Source: a virus. Taken from it: a stretch of DNA of 64,000 nt. Under the pieces are notes generated by a model, which was not told where the DNA came from, made no database searches, and worked only from the letters and a program-made list of their open reading frames with translations. Where the stretch lies: IMG/VR virus record IMGVR_UViG_3300028025_000092. One strand, given 5' to 3'. The position numbers and the translations under genes are program-made. Within the stretch, counting starts at the first letter, position 1. Each line of letters opens with the position of its first letter. Shown piece after piece: positions 18,880 through 28,693 of the stretch.

Positions 18880-21800
18880 TTTAGAAAATCTTGAAAAGTG
18901 GGTTAAAGATTTTGAAAACGGTTCTATAACTGTTGAAGAATTGGCTTCTAGGTTATCTTCTATACCAGATCCTCTTGGAAACGAAGATGATATAATCAAA
19001 GTTGGGGAAGAAATTAATAACTCTCTAGAACCTGAAGATCTTGTTCTTACTGATGATGATATCAATGATATTATTTGTAAATACGAGGGAGAAGAGCTGG
19101 GTAATAGATTGATTTGGAGAATTTTGGAAAAATTAAATTTAACTGGTGATTTAAAAACTGATCCAGAATTTGATACCAATAATTCTTTTGAATCTTATTT
19201 TGAAAAACTTTCTCTCCAGGATAGATTGCAGAGGGCTAAAGAAATGCTTTTTGATAATTTAGATTTAGATATCTTAGGAATAAAAATAAAAAATCCAAAC
19301 TTAAAGAAAAGAAACTTTAAGATACTAGGATTTAATTTCCCTTTAAATATAATAACACTTAAAGGTAAACCCCTGTTTTTTCACATACCCCCTCCTAAAC
19401 TGAAATTGTCTAAAATATTAGAAACATTAAAAAATAGAATTAAATCTAAGAAAGTAAAATCCTGCGAGAAAAAAGGAACATATATTGATGAAGAATCTTT
19501 ATTAAAAAAATTACAGGATCTTCTGGATGACGAAAAAGACGAATACAATAATGTATTTGAGATTGCTGATGAATTATTTTGTGAACCTGCTATACCTATT
19601 AATCCAGAAACTGGCGAATCACTTTTTAATAAAACAGATTTAACCCAATTTTTGAAAGAAATATGTGAACCTGATTTACCAAATCCGGAGATTCCAGTAG
19701 ATCCTGAACCTAATATTGAAGACATATCAGATACCATTAATTCCTGTTTAAAACAAACTAAGGCCATCTTTAATGAAGTCAGAGAAAAAAATGAGGAGAA
19801 ATCCAGATTACAAAAAGCTGAAAAAGAGTTAGAAGAAGTTTTTTTTTATTATAAAATAGTTCAAAACTATTACCAAGAATTATATTCACAATTTGAAAAA
19901 AAATCAAAAGCTGGTAAAAAAGGAGATCCTTTAAACCTGGCTTTAAATTTAATTTTAGGATCCGGTGCAGATGATTACATAAAGAAACTAAATCAATTTT
20001 CTTCTAGGTTTGAATCTACTAAAAAAATAACATCATTAGGTGATAAGTATATTGGTATATCTTTTGGTATAAGTTTTCCTCACGGGTTAGGAAAAAACAT
20101 ACAGTATGAAAGGGTAAAGACTGAAGCTAATAATGATTTAATGAGTCAGGATTACCAAAAAGTTGATATTGCTAAACTACAGATTGGTATGGAATTTGGG
20201 AAGAACGGTGTTTTAGGGGGTAAAGACTTTTCTTTCTTTAAAGAGTTTGAATCATTTATAAAATTTAAAAATGAAAATCCTAAAAATAAATCAGATTACT
20301 ATAGCTTTGTTGGCGATATAGAGAACACAAACAAGAGCAAAGATCAAATTATCAAAGAAATAGAATCAGATCACGGGTTCTTATATTCTAATTTAATAGA
20401 AACATCAGCTAGTCCCTGGCTTTTCTTTACTGCACAGGAAAGAGGAGATAACGATGCAAGAAAGTCTGTTGATATAAAACCCTCCAAAACTGATAAAGAC
20501 GGAAATCCTAACAAAGAGTTTGAAGAATTCTGGCAGGATTTTAAAACTAAATGGGATCAAAAATACAATGCTAGAAAAAAAATAATAGAAGATAAAATAA
20601 CAGACATTAAAAAACTTTCGGATCCTCTTGTTGAAAAATTAGCAGACTATTATCTCACTGTTAACGTTTCTTCCGTCAAAAATAATTTAGATCTATTAAA
20701 AGGTGCATCTGACGAAATTAAAAAAAGAGTAACTTCTATCGAAGATTCTTTAATGTTAATAGCTGAAAAAATAACTAAGCTCGACCAAGAGAATTCCCCG
20801 GAAGGAATTTCCAACAGGGCTAACTCAATAAGTTGTGCTAACAAGGAGGAAGAAAAATGTCCAACAGTATGCTGTGGACCTGCTGGACAAAGCGTGAAGC
20901 TTAGTGATACATGTGCTTCACACAGATCTCCTGATTGCCCAAATCTTTTTACCAAGTGCTATTGGAAAGAATTTTCCAAAAATCTAAATAAAGTTGGGCT
21001 ACTTCCACTTCCTGCTGGATTACCCCCTATAGAAAATCCAGCTCAATTTCTACCTGATTTAGGATTAAAATATTGGCCAGTAGGATACCTCCCGCCCTCT
21101 TTCATTCCTCTTCCTCCGCCAATAGTTAATCCATTGGATGGCCTGCCTTTTATTAGAATCCCTATGCCCATGGTTTGGACTAAAGTTGATCCCATAGTGA
21201 TTCCTATAGGAATTGGGGTGATTGTTATATTCGTTCCGTTCATTGGTGGATTTATGCCAAGTCCTTTGGTTTTCTTTCATGATTTTTTAAGTGGCAATAG
21301 CATGTTTCTGCTAGGTCTTAGGGGATTTAGATTCATTCCCCGTAAATCGGATCCGGTTTCTAGGGATCCTTTGGAAAATTACAAGAAGATGCTTTCTAGG
21401 GGAATACCTAATTATCTTTTCCCATTTTCTAACTTAGGAAAAGATGATGTTGATAATCCGAAGAGGATTTTTGGCGAAGTGATTTCAAATCTTGAAAAAA
21501 GACTTGCTAATTACAGCAATCCTATAAACATGGAAAAAATCCAAAAGATTCAAAATAGAATAACAAAAAAGAAAGAGGAAGCGCAAACTAAAATCTTGGA
21601 AAAGAAAAGAAAAATGGCTTTAGAGGGGGGTGACATTAAGAAGGAAAAAGAGGAGATAGAAAAATTTTTAAAATCTATAGATGGTGAAAAAATTGAAGCC
21701 CTAAAGGATATTATAAAAGAATACTTAACAGGAGCCGTAGACATTCCCGATATACAATTCCCTAAGAAATCTAAAAATTTATTGGTTGATCTACCACAAC

Positions 21801-23173
21801 CCATAAAAGCGTTAAGAGATTTAGATGCCAAAAGAAAGCTTGGGGTTATACCAGACAAGATACCAAAAATTAATCTTTTGTCACGAATTCTTAGAGGTGT
21901 TGATTCTATAAAAATTCCTACTCCAAAGGAACTCGACGAATTAAACAAAAATCTGCCTAACAATTCTAAGATAGTTGCTAGGTTTGATAACAAGTTAAAG
22001 GATCTTGCTAATTCCCCAGAGGACGTAAAAAAGTTAGAGGACTTAATTAAGAAAAGTGCTGTTGATCTTCTAGAGGGGGATAACTCACCTCTTAGTAGTA
22101 AAAAATTACTTTCGTTTAAAGCTAAAATAACTCCTGCCCCAAGAATTGGGGGTGCAGGGGTTCCTTTACCGTCGGGCTTGGAAGAAATACCAAATCCTGT
22201 AATTTCGCAATTAAAAAGTTTTATATCTAGCAATATAAAACTAAATACAGATCAGCTATCATCTTTGGTGGGTAATTTATCAATTGCTGATAATAAAATT
22301 ATAAGACAAAGAGATCTTAAAATGATTACAAAAAACGTGATCAATTCGTCATTGTCAAAATTTCCAGTTGATTTAAAAAACTTTTCTATACCAGACCCTG
22401 CAAGCATGAAAGCCATGCTAAAATCCTTTACTAGTTTGGCATCCTCATTAAACCTCCCTGCCATTCCCCCAAAGAAGAGCGCATCTCCAATATCACCTAT
22501 CGGCCCCGGAGGAATTCCTCCTATTATAATTCCTGGTAAGGTCATTAGTAATTTTTTAGTTGATAATGCAATGTCTACAATAAACGTAGAAATGCTTACC
22601 AAGTTATTACCCGGAGTGCTTGAAAATTTTGAAAATCTGTCGGATACTGATATAAAGATGATGTCTGATAATATCATTAAGAATTTTGCTAAGAAAGCTA
22701 AAATTCCTGTTTTAGATTCTATCCCTAAAATACCTATTCCTGCAAGAAATCAAGATTATATAGAATTTACTATGAATTTCTTGCCAACCCATCCTTTTTC
22801 GGACATAGCATTTACTTTATTATGGGACAAATTTAAAACTCCTCCTAGGATACCAATACCTGGAGAATTCCTTGATGTGTATCTAAGAATACAGGATTCT
22901 ATATTTTCCAAATTGCCTTGGCCTGTTGTAGTTGTTTTAGGTAGAAATTTAATTAATATATTAAATCCCCTATGGAACAATGAGGATATTCCCCGCTGGG
23001 ATAGAATGAATTTAAAAAATCCATTTTATGTTGTTTTCATGGACGAATTTTTAAGATCTGCTGTTGATATCTCGGGAGGATTCAAATTCTTTGCAGGCGC
23101 GGGAAAATTATTTTATCCCCTCCCAGATTCTGAAATCTATTTGGGGTTTGGTACTAAGATTAACATAAACTAA
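18869..23173 (+). CDS. Large Pro-rich hypothetical protein (1434 aa), probably spike/baseplate-associated
   Basis: Overlaps the gp5-like stop; coiled coils, a Cys cluster and a Pro-rich hydrophobic segment. Confidence 0.7.
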   Translation: MSNNLENLEKWVKDFENGSITVEELASRLSSIPDPLGNEDDIIKVGEEINNSLEPEDLVLTDDDINDIICKYEGEELGNRLIWRILEKLNLTGDLKTDPEFDTNNSFESYFEKLSLQDRLQRAKEMLFDNLDLDILGIKIKNPNLKKRNFKILGFNFPLNIITLKGKPLFFHIPPPKLKLSKILETLKNRIKSKKVKSCEKKGTYIDEESLLKKLQDLLDDEKDEYNNVFEIADELFCEPAIPINPETGESLFNKTDLTQFLKEICEPDLPNPEIPVDPEPNIEDISDTINSCLKQTKAIFNEVREKNEEKSRLQKAEKELEEVFFYYKIVQNYYQELYSQFEKKSKAGKKGDPLNLALNLILGSGADDYIKKLNQFSSRFESTKKITSLGDKYIGISFGISFPHGLGKNIQYERVKTEANNDLMSQDYQKVDIAKLQIGMEFGKNGVLGGKDFSFFKEFESFIKFKNENPKNKSDYYSFVGDIENTNKSKDQIIKEIESDHGFLYSNLIETSASPWLFFTAQERGDNDARKSVDIKPSKTDKDGNPNKEFEEFWQDFKTKWDQKYNARKKIIEDKITDIKKLSDPLVEKLADYYLTVNVSSVKNNLDLLKGASDEIKKRVTSIEDSLMLIAEKITKLDQENSPEGISNRANSISCANKEEEKCPTVCCGPAGQSVKLSDTCASHRSPDCPNLFTKCYWKEFSKNLNKVGLLPLPAGLPPIENPAQFLPDLGLKYWPVGYLPPSFIPLPPPIVNPLDGLPFIRIPMPMVWTKVDPIVIPIGIGVIVIFVPFIGGFMPSPLVFFHDFLSGNSMFLLGLRGFRFIPRKSDPVSRDPLENYKKMLSRGIPNYLFPFSNLGKDDVDNPKRIFGEVISNLEKRLANYSNPINMEKIQKIQNRITKKKEEAQTKILEKKRKMALEGGDIKKEKEEIEKFLKSIDGEKIEALKDIIKEYLTGAVDIPDIQFPKKSKNLLVDLPQPIKALRDLDAKRKLGVIPDKIPKINLLSRILRGVDSIKIPTPKELDELNKNLPNNSKIVARFDNKLKDLANSPEDVKKLEDLIKKSAVDLLEGDNSPLSSKKLLSFKAKITPAPRIGGAGVPLPSGLEEIPNPVISQLKSFISSNIKLNTDQLSSLVGNLSIADNKIIRQRDLKMITKNVINSSLSKFPVDLKNFSIPDPASMKAMLKSFTSLASSLNLPAIPPKKSASPISPIGPGGIPPIIIPGKVISNFLVDNAMSTINVEMLTKLLPGVLENFENLSDTDIKMMSDNIIKNFAKKAKIPVLDSIPKIPIPARNQDYIEFTMNFLPTHPFSDIAFTLLWDKFKTPPRIPIPGEFLDVYLRIQDSIFSKLPWPVVVVLGRNLINILNPLWNNEDIPRWDRMNLKNPFYVVFMDEFLRSAVDISGGFKFFAGAGKLFYPLPDSEIYLGFGTKININ

Positions 23174-23195
23174 AAATATCTAAAACAAAAAAAAA

Positions 23196-24320
23196 ATGGC
23201 TAAGCAAAGACTTTACACAAGGGATGAGTATTCTCCGGAGGAAAGAGCTGTTATGGATGCCCTTTATGAAGGGCACTTTAAAAGTAATTTTACCGATAAT
23301 AATATCAAATCTTATTCTAAGGAGCTAGAAGAAAATCAAGTATTAAGTGTTAAAATCACACAGATAAGAGGAAGCAGTGCAATAGGGGAAACCCTAACAG
23401 GTCAATCTGTTTCTATCGATTTATCTAAAGAGGAAAAAGCAATTCGTAGATTAGGATTTCCAGCAATTGCTGTTCAAGAAGGAACGCAATTAGATGTGGT
23501 TATTTTTAAAGACAAATCTGGATCATACAATGGTTCATTGGCGGCTGGGTATGAAAATTCGTTGAAAAATGAATTATTAGCATCAATCAAAGACGAAAAT
23601 ACTGCATATACAGTTAGAATAGATTCAACCTGTCCTGGTGGATTTATGGTAAATCTTTCTGGAATCAAGTGTTTCCTTCCAGGATCACTAGCAGCAGCAA
23701 ATAGAATTATAGATTTTCAATCTTTTGTTGGCAGAACAATAAATGTTATGATTGAAACTTATGACGAAAAGAGAGACATTTTTGTTGTATCGTTTAAAAA
23801 GTATCTAAGACATATTATAGATGCTAAGGTTGAGGAATTATCTTTAACCCAAAAATATACTGGAACTGTTACAGGAACATCTAATGCAGGTGTATTTGTT
23901 GAATGGGACGAGTATTATACTGGTTTAATTCCTGCAGAGGAATTCGAGAATAATGGCCTTAAAATGGATTTAAATGCGGGAGGAAGCGTATCATTCTATG
24001 TTTCTGACTTTAGAAATCCTAACAGAATAGTTTTAAGATTAAACCCACCTGATGATAAAGATAGGGAATTACAGGAACTTAGAGACGTTTCTTTATTAGA
24101 AGATAAAGAAAATAAAATATATAGAGGGACAGTAACCAAAGTTAAAGGTTTTGGAGTTTTTGTAAAACTTGAAAACGGAATAGTTGGACTAGTCGAAAAG
24201 GACTATTTAGCAGGAAATCCAAAAGACTATGAGGTTGGTTCAGAAATGGCCTTCACAGTCTTGGACGTAGAGCTACAGAGTTCAAAACTCTATTTAAAAG
24301 AAAAAATTGAAAATACTTGA
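23196..24320 (+). CDS. Ribosomal protein S1-like multi-S1-domain protein
   Basis: GGFMVNLSGIKCFLPGSL, YTGTVTGTSNAGVFVE...TGLI and YRGTVTKVKGFGVFVKL..GIVGLV are three S1/OB repeats, plus a degenerate N-terminal one. Confidence 0.9.
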   Translation: MAKQRLYTRDEYSPEERAVMDALYEGHFKSNFTDNNIKSYSKELEENQVLSVKITQIRGSSAIGETLTGQSVSIDLSKEEKAIRRLGFPAIAVQEGTQLDVVIFKDKSGSYNGSLAAGYENSLKNELLASIKDENTAYTVRIDSTCPGGFMVNLSGIKCFLPGSLAAANRIIDFQSFVGRTINVMIETYDEKRDIFVVSFKKYLRHIIDAKVEELSLTQKYTGTVTGTSNAGVFVEWDEYYTGLIPAEEFENNGLKMDLNAGGSVSFYVSDFRNPNRIVLRLNPPDDKDRELQELRDVSLLEDKENKIYRGTVTKVKGFGVFVKLENGIVGLVEKDYLAGNPKDYEVGSEMAFTVLDVELQSSKLYLKEKIENT

Positions 24321-25770
24321 TCAAAATTTTTATTACGCAGCTCAAATAGGATTCGAGTTTGAATTCATGTCGTCCTTTACTAGAGACGAAATTGCAGACA
24401 AAATTGGGGAAGATTTAGGGAAAAAAGTTAAGGTATTTAGAAAATACCACTCTAAATTTTCCCCAACTCGTGATATTTTTAAGCTAGAGCCTGATTTTTC
24501 GGGAGGTTTAAAAATGGTAGAGTTAATTACCGGTCCTATGGATTATTTCGAAGCTATTCCGGTTTTAATCAGAATTCTTAAATGGATAGACGAAAATGGA
24601 TACACCACAGAAAAATCCGCACTTCAATTTGGTCTAAGTTTCGATAGATTAAAATATCCTTCTCTGGTTGATTTTAAAGAACTGAATCCCCTAAAATTCG
24701 TTTTGGGATTTGATGAAGAGTTTATTTGGAGCAGATTTCCAGAAAGAAGAGGATCCTTATACGCTAAATCAATTAAAAGAATTTCTCCCTCTAACAAGTT
24801 TATCAGGGGGTATAAAAATGTTTTAGGCGACAGAAATGCTTATAAGGTCTATACTGAAAAAAATATGGGCGTGAATCTAACTAAGTTAGAGCAAGGTTAC
24901 ATGGAGGTTAGATATATGGGGGGTACGGATTATCAGAAAAAGTATTCGGAGATAAAAGAAGTTATAGATTACACTATCAGTCACACATTTAATTCACTTT
25001 TAAGTAATGACACATTAAACCAGAAAGAAACCGCTGCTCTTAGCGAACTAATTTCTAATGTTTATAAGGAAACTGAAAGTTTTATTGATGCTGAATCCTT
25101 TATGAGAAATTATCCTAATTTCCACGTAAGTGTAGATTTAAGAGAGGATTTACAAATAATTAAAACTTATTTTAATGAGGTCAGAAATATTCTTTATAGT
25201 TTAATAGTTGAAAATTCAGTAACAGAGGGATTTTTAAATTATGACACTCAAATAGCTAAGTATCAATTAAAAGATGCAGTTACCAATAGAGCTAATATGA
25301 TAAAAGACCTAGATTTAATTGAATGTGAGATAGAGGGTAATATTGGAAGATGTAGATTATTTGGATGTACTCTAAATAACTGTCAAATAGAGGATTCACA
25401 ATTAGTTATGAATAATGACATAAAAGAGTCTAAAATAATAGATTGTGATTTAAGTTTTAGCAACAAAATAATAAACTCCTATATAGACTCAAAAGACAGA
25501 GAAATCAGCTGCGAGGTAGAAGCAGGAGTAATTAGATCTGGTTACATTACAAATCTAGCTGAGGTATCGAAAGAAACCGAAATCATTAATAATAACGCAG
25601 ATGCAAAAGGGAAAGATAAAGGAAAAGGAAAGGGCGGTAAAATGCTAATTACTTCAGTATTTCCCGATAGAAATGATGACGGACAGATAAGACCGAACGG
25701 ACCCTTCAGCAATCTAAACACAGGCAAACCTAGTTTTTCGATAAATAGATTGTTTAAAAATAACAACTAA
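24307..25770 (+). CDS. Putative amidoligase (COOH-NH2 ligase) with C-terminal beta-helix-like repeats
   Basis: IGFEFEF, LEPDFSGG..MVELITGP, EVRYMGG; C-terminal [ILC]x[DNE][CS]x pentapeptide pattern; TTG start overlapping the S1 gene. Confidence 0.7.
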   Translation: MKILDQNFYYAAQIGFEFEFMSSFTRDEIADKIGEDLGKKVKVFRKYHSKFSPTRDIFKLEPDFSGGLKMVELITGPMDYFEAIPVLIRILKWIDENGYTTEKSALQFGLSFDRLKYPSLVDFKELNPLKFVLGFDEEFIWSRFPERRGSLYAKSIKRISPSNKFIRGYKNVLGDRNAYKVYTEKNMGVNLTKLEQGYMEVRYMGGTDYQKKYSEIKEVIDYTISHTFNSLLSNDTLNQKETAALSELISNVYKETESFIDAESFMRNYPNFHVSVDLREDLQIIKTYFNEVRNILYSLIVENSVTEGFLNYDTQIAKYQLKDAVTNRANMIKDLDLIECEIEGNIGRCRLFGCTLNNCQIEDSQLVMNNDIKESKIIDCDLSFSNKIINSYIDSKDREISCEVEAGVIRSGYITNLAEVSKETEIINNNADAKGKDKGKGKGGKMLITSVFPDRNDDGQIRPNGPFSNLNTGKPSFSINRLFKNNN

Positions 25771-25773
25771 GTA

Positions 25774-26544
25774 ATGAACACCACAGAAGATCAGTTGATA
25801 CAAGAGGTTAAGGACGATATTTCTCACTCATGTGCCCTACCATATGCCTTAAACGATGGGGAGATAAAAAGAATTATAAAAAGAGCTAAGGCTTATTTTT
25901 ATGATAACTATCAATATGCGGTTGAAGATAAGATAATGGTATTACCCGCTGTAATATTTGCAGGCCCACAATTTAGAGCAACAAGACAGGTCCAACTTCC
26001 TGAGTGTGTGGTAAGTGTATGGGACGTGAGAGAGGTTGGTGGTGCCGGACTAGTAGGTACACCAGACAGAGATTTTGGAGACAGTAAATTGCTAGGCTCA
26101 GAATTAATGCTAAGTCCTTTCGTTGGTGATAATTTAGTTTACAGAACAGTATTATATTCATTTTTTGATTTAGCAAAAGCATATCTATTAGAGACCTTTG
26201 CTTTTAATTACAATAAAAATACCAAGAGATTAACAATAAACGGTAGAGATCCTAATAGAACAACATCTACCGGATTAACTATGGGAGGTAGAGACGTTGG
26301 GGTTAGAGCATTTATTGCAATTCCGGAGGAGAATCTCTATTCCGATGAACTTTTTGTCAGATATGTTTTAGCCGAAGCTAAAATCAATATAGGTAGACTT
26401 TTAGGAACATTTGGGTATCAATTACCTGGTGGAGTAACCATAAATGCTGCTGCTATTCAATCTATAGGACAGGCAGAGAAAGCAGAGGTTATGGAAATGA
26501 TTAAAAGCGAAAACACTCCTAGCTATTTCTTGCAGTGGAATTAA
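25774..26544 (+). CDS. Neck protein (T4 gp13-like)
   Basis: RYVLAEAK..IG..LG.F...LPGGVTIN C-terminal motif typical of gp13. Confidence 0.8.
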   Translation: MNTTEDQLIQEVKDDISHSCALPYALNDGEIKRIIKRAKAYFYDNYQYAVEDKIMVLPAVIFAGPQFRATRQVQLPECVVSVWDVREVGGAGLVGTPDRDFGDSKLLGSELMLSPFVGDNLVYRTVLYSFFDLAKAYLLETFAFNYNKNTKRLTINGRDPNRTTSTGLTMGGRDVGVRAFIAIPEENLYSDELFVRYVLAEAKINIGRLLGTFGYQLPGGVTINAAAIQSIGQAEKAEVMEMIKSENTPSYFLQWN

Positions 26545-26571
26545 CCCCTTTAATTATCTTCTCCTAATATT

Positions 26572-26583
26572 TATAAATATATA
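26572..26583 (+). promoter_or_regulatory. Candidate late promoter (overlapping TATAAATA and AATATATA)
   Basis: 9 nt before ATG 26593, inside an inverted repeat. Confidence 0.55.
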
Positions 26584-26592
26584 AGGGAGATA

Positions 26593-26964
26593 ATGATCAA
26601 AATTTCGGACATATACCCAAGAAATCCTGATGATCCGCTTTACGTACCAAATAAGCTGGAGACCGACGATGTCGTAGAATCCACTATAGGTATGATTAAG
26701 CAGATTATGCTAACCAAGCCAGGCTCTGTTCTTGGAGATCCATTTTTTGGTATAGATCTTGAATCACTTATATTTGATTTTGACGTTTCCCAATCAGAGC
26801 TAGAAGAGGCAATAAGCTTACAACTTTATACCTATTGTACATTTGCTAGGGGAATATTAAAAGTAGATTTTAAGATTGGATTCTACCAGGGAGACACCCG
26901 AGATAGCTGTGTTATTGAATTTGGAATCAAAGGAAACCCGGTATTAGGAATAAAGGTAATTTAA
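26593..26964 (+). CDS. Baseplate wedge protein gp25-like
   Basis: IKQIMLTKPG.VLGDPFFG.DL..LIFD. Confidence 0.85.
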   Translation: MIKISDIYPRNPDDPLYVPNKLETDDVVESTIGMIKQIMLTKPGSVLGDPFFGIDLESLIFDFDVSQSELEEAISLQLYTYCTFARGILKVDFKIGFYQGDTRDSCVIEFGIKGNPVLGIKVI

Positions 26965-26968
26965 AAAA

Positions 26969-28693
26969 ATGGATTTATTTAAAAAAAATCGGGCCAGAAT
27001 ACAAGATCTATTACAAGATACCCTGGACCTTATACAAAGAAGATACAATCAGGCAAACCAGTTATTTACTGTGGCTTCTGCCTGGGGTCAGATTTTATTT
27101 GTTTTACAAAACCTTTCCCAGCTTATTCTATTCTTTATAGAGGATTCAATCACTGAACTTGACATCAAGAAGGCAAGTAGAGAAAGCTCTGTTTACGGAT
27201 TAGCTGCTCTAACAGGGCATAATGCAACGAGAAGCAGTTCAGCAAGGGGACAGGTAGAAATAATATGGAACGGAATAGATTCCACAACAGTTGGTGGCGG
27301 GGCAATCCTAATTCCTAGATATGCTTCTATAAAATTCCAAAACGGAGGTACCGGATATCTCCTAAACCTACCACAGGATTTTGCTAGAATTAATCTCAAT
27401 TCTACATCTAAAATAACATGTGAGATTATAGAGGGAAGCATAAGATCTACAGTTTTCACAGGTAACGGAACTGTACTTCAAAGCTATAACGTTTCTGATA
27501 GGGTAACTTCCGCTATAGATAATTTTGAGGTTAAGGTTTTTGTTAACAGCGAGGAATGGAAAGTTTATGATTCCTTGTATGATATACCATTCAATTACAA
27601 AGGATGTCTGGTAAAAACCGGAATAAGCAGTGGTATAGATGTTATATTCGGAAATTTAAACTTTGGAAGAATTCCTACGCTTGGTTCAACCATTACTGTA
27701 CAATATGTCGAAACCCTAGGAACTGGTGGTAATATTAATTCCATTGAGCCTAATAAAATACCGTTTGAATTTGATGATGATGGAACAGACGTTTATGGAA
27801 ATAATGTTTCTTTAAAGGAATATTTAAAGGTTAGCTGTATAACCCCACCACAATTAGGAATTGATAAAGAATCTATACAGTTAACAAAAATACTAGCTCC
27901 CAAAACTTCAAGGTCATATGTTCTTGCAAATCCAGATAACTATATTACATATTTTGAAAAATTTGGAACATTCTCTATAATAGAGGCATTTTCAACCTTT
28001 GATGATCAGTATTTAGACGACGATAATATTATTTATGTTTTATTAGTTCCCGATATTACACAGAAGCTAAAAACAAATGAAACATACTTTGACATCAAAG
28101 AATCCGAATTTACTCTAACCACTTTTCAAAAAGATAGATTATTAAATTCTATAGAGGAGAGTGGACAAAAAATAGTTACCACCGAAGTTAAAATACTAGA
28201 GCCTAAAATTTCTAGATACGTTATTAACGTATTAATTACAATGTTTGAGGGATATGATCCAGCAACAGTTAAGGGGCAAATGATAGATTCAATTAGTACG
28301 TACTTTATCGGAATCAGGAGAAGAGATAAAATACCAAGATCCGATCTTATTGCTATTATCGAATCTATCCCTGGTGTAGACTCAGTAACACTTTTCTTTA
28401 TTTCTCAAAAAAATGAGAACTATGCAATAAGTGTTTCATCTCTATCTGATACAGATCCTAAGAAAAAAATAGTTTTGGGTCTGGATGAATTTGGTGATAT
28501 TTCATTCGATAAGGATGAGATTGCAATAATAGCGGGTGGATGGTCAGATAGAGCTGGACTTTTCTATGATAGAGGAGCGGATTTAAACAAGCTTTCTTCT
28601 ATAAATATAGATGTTAGAAGTATAGTTCCTATTACGCATAATACGGAGATAAACCAAAGGAATAAGACCTTCATAAAAAATAGCACTCAATAA
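26969..28693 (+). CDS. Baseplate wedge protein gp6/J-like
   Basis: A...SSVYGLA.L.GHN, V.FGN..FGRIP..GS.I.VQY..T.G..GN, ESI...K..AP; follows gp25. Confidence 0.85.
   Translation: MDLFKKNRARIQDLLQDTLDLIQRRYNQANQLFTVASAWGQILFVLQNLSQLILFFIEDSITELDIKKASRESSVYGLAALTGHNATRSSSARGQVEIIWNGIDSTTVGGGAILIPRYASIKFQNGGTGYLLNLPQDFARINLNSTSKITCEIIEGSIRSTVFTGNGTVLQSYNVSDRVTSAIDNFEVKVFVNSEEWKVYDSLYDIPFNYKGCLVKTGISSGIDVIFGNLNFGRIPTLGSTITVQYVETLGTGGNINSIEPNKIPFEFDDDGTDVYGNNVSLKEYLKVSCITPPQLGIDKESIQLTKILAPKTSRSYVLANPDNYITYFEKFGTFSIIEAFSTFDDQYLDDDNIIYVLLVPDITQKLKTNETYFDIKESEFTLTTFQKDRLLNSIEESGQKIVTTEVKILEPKISRYVINVLITMFEGYDPATVKGQMIDSISTYFIGIRRRDKIPRSDLIAIIESIPGVDSVTLFFISQKNENYAISVSSLSDTDPKKKIVLGLDEFGDISFDKDEIAIIAGGWSDRAGLFYDRGADLNKLSSINIDVRSIVPITHNTEINQRNKTFIKNSTQ

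Noticed and set aside
13152-22980. Long antisense ORFs (e.g. 13152-13733, 13954-14406, 21550-22233, 22252-22677)
   Set aside because: They lie wholly opposite strong genes, have Ser/Leu/Phe/Ile-biased shadow composition and show no motifs.
24300-24320. Programmed frameshift fusing S1 to the amidoligase
   Set aside because: The downstream ORF is in the +1 frame with a usable TTG start and no clear slippery site or stimulator; translational coupling is simpler.
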